Assembly: GCA_965649765.1 (NCBI GenBank)
Contig: OZ287748.1
Coordinates: 10,044,001-10,108,000, forward strand
Length of the DNA: 64,000 nucleotides
Direction: 5' to 3'
Origin: Bispira polyomma
Lineage: Eukaryota
Shown here: positions 62,085-64,000 of the stretch, in pieces
Layout of the letters: each line of letters starts with the position of its first letter
How positions within the stretch are numbered: the stretch's first letter is position 1
Program-made: the position numbers and the translations under genes
Notes under the pieces: generated by a model
The model's database searches: none
Told to the model about the DNA's origin: nothing
What the model saw: the letters and a program-made list of their open reading frames with translations, nothing else

Positions 62085-62288
62085 CAGAAGGTATAACATT
62101 TTGAGCATTTTCCTTCAACATGTCGTATCCATCTCCACCACTGAAGGTGAACGCAGATGTGAGCATTCCATACATCTTGTCCACATCTAAGTCTTCATAT
62201 CTTGGAACCGTACAGTCCGCACAACGGACCTGGACTTTCACCACTCTCTGGCCAGATGGCTTCCACAAGTTGTATTCTACTTTCAGAC
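62085..62288 (-). CDS. NT5E: ecto-5'-nucleotidase copy C penultimate exon
   Basis: GLKVEYNLWKPSGQRVVKVQVRCADCTVP...GGDGYDMLKE; CAG/GTAAGT boundaries; 204 bp. Confidence 0.88.
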
Positions 62289-62579
62289 CTGGGTTACAAA
62301 ACCATGCGATAAGTATCTTAACGAATGTTTACAAACTTTTTGTATTTGTGAATTGGCTACGTCTGATATTAAGCTACCAACAAGATAAGAGTGGCCCAGG
62401 GGGCCACTTCGGCAGATCCTACTGGGTATTGTTTGATAGATATTTGTATGAGGTGAATGTGTTTCTTGTTTGTTAGGGTAGGTTGTGGCTGGCTTATTTC
62501 TTACTCTTTGTCTAATGAAAGTAGTAATGTTTTGTGGTCAGTGCATGAGAATATAGTTGATGGTTGTAAAGGATATTGT

Positions 62580-64000
62580 GAATAATAATAATATATCAGA
62601 CTTTTTAGCGCTTATTTTCGTTGTAACGAATTCTAAGGCGCAAAAAAACCACAACCAGAGTCGAAAAACAAAGGTGATAGACATAAGGAAGTCGTCATCA
62701 ATGCGTCCACCGAGAATGGGAAAGAGACTATGGAGGGAATGCATCATTGAACAGATAGGTCTTTAAACTGCGCCAAAAGGAATACAGGGACGGAGCTGTC
62801 CTAATGCATTGCATTGCGATGCATTGCAATTTCTAATGTGTTGAGGCAAACTATTCCATAGGGTAGGGGCATCATTTGCAAAACTTTTATCAAAGTGAAC
62901 CTTTGACTTGTGTACTTTGGACTTATATTATTTTGGAACAAGAAGGAATCTATTTTTGGGAACGGCTCTCCTGGTGTTGACATTGCACTTGTAGTAACTC
63001 AAGTGTGGTTCAAAGTATTTAGGCAAACCTGAATCGAGAAACTTATATACTATTGTAGCACTTTTAAGAACACACCGATACCTAACAGGGAGCCAGTGGA
63101 GTGACTTCAGAATTGGTGAAGCATTTGAAAACTGAGCAGAACAACTGACCAGACGTGCCAATGAGTTCTGGATGCATTGCAATTTCTTTAGGTCCTTTTT
63201 GGTCAAGCTGCGATAAAGTGAATTACAGTAGTCCAGTCTGCTACCAACAAGAGCATTTCCTGCAGTTATTGCAACCGATTTTGGAAGGTACCTCCTGATT
63301 CTCCTAAGGTTTCTGAGACCCATGAAGCATGACTTACACACTGATTGAATATGACTGGAAAATGAAAAATCACTGTCAAACAAAACTCCCAGGTTCCTCA
63401 CTTTATCAGTTGTGGATAACAGTGTCCCAAGAATATTTGCAGGAAAAGAATTTGACAGTTCAGCACGTTGAGTGCCCGACCCAAACAATATGAATTCGGT
63501 TTTAGCAGGGTTCAGCTTGAGCTTATTTAGCGCCATCCAATTTTGAACATCTGCTAAGCATTTCTGAAGGACTTCCAGGGCACTGATTGATGTGTTAGGA
63601 GTAAGGTGCACGTAAATCTGTGTATCATCTGCATAGAAGTGATACTTTAGAGAAGAATAGGAGGAAATAATTTTGCTAAGGGGTGTAGTATATAATGAAA
63701 ATAGGAGTGGTCCAAGCACAGACCCTTGCGGCACACCGAATTTCAGCACTTGTAAGTCAGACAGAATATCGCCAATTTTAATAGACTGGTACCTGTCTGT
63801 CAAGTAGGAAACAAATCATTGCAAGACCTTCAGACCAAACCAGGTTTTTAGTCTTTCAATGAGGACATTGCGATCAATAGTATCGAAAGCAGCTGATAAG
63901 TCTAACAGTACTAATGCAGTGGAAACACCCTTTGATAAAGACATATGAATATCGTTTTTAATATAAAGCAGAGCTGTTTCAGTTGAATGGTATTTTTTAT
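62580..64000 (-). mobile_element. L2/CR1-type LINE, RT and 3' end
   Basis: LDLSAAFDTID, GVPQGSVLGPLLF, YADDTQIY, LKLNPAKTE, SRLDYCNS, LHWLPV; tail GCGCTAAAAAGTCTG-(ATT)n near 62580. Confidence 0.92.

Overview
AT-rich animal genomic DNA; the SINE and Helentron-like repeats suggest a mollusc or other lophotrochozoan (inference). The backbone is a tandem array of three minus-strand, intron-containing ecto-5'-nucleotidase (NT5E/CD73-like) paralogs. Copy A has exons 1-6 at 17022-4564, looks intact and continues left of the window. Copy B (56681-31530) is a pseudogene. Copy C shows only its last two exons (62288-60035), with an intact GPI signal. Introns and spacers are packed with mobile elements: three Tx1/L1-type LINE copies, L2/CR1 fragments, three DIRS/Ngaro-type tyrosine-recombinase (YR) retrotransposons plus a fourth fragment, a two-gene Harbinger transposon, tRNA-derived SINEs, MITEs and a satellite. 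Three signals stand out. (1) Both convergent Harbinger genes appear to end in replication-dependent histone-type 3' stem-loops: one perfect GGCCCTTTTCAGGGCC-ACC 25 nt after the transposase stop, and one degenerate copy after the Myb-like gene. (2) The YR retrotransposons show a retrovirus-like expression layout: an A_AAA_AAC plus hairpin -1 frameshift site joining gag to pol, and phase-matched splice sites that would fuse the Gag N-terminus to the YR. (3) One Tx1/L1 ORF1 is fused to an IMPACT/YigZ (UPF0029) domain. Coordinates were read by eye, so TE boundaries are approximate. No database search was possible, so novelty is unverified.
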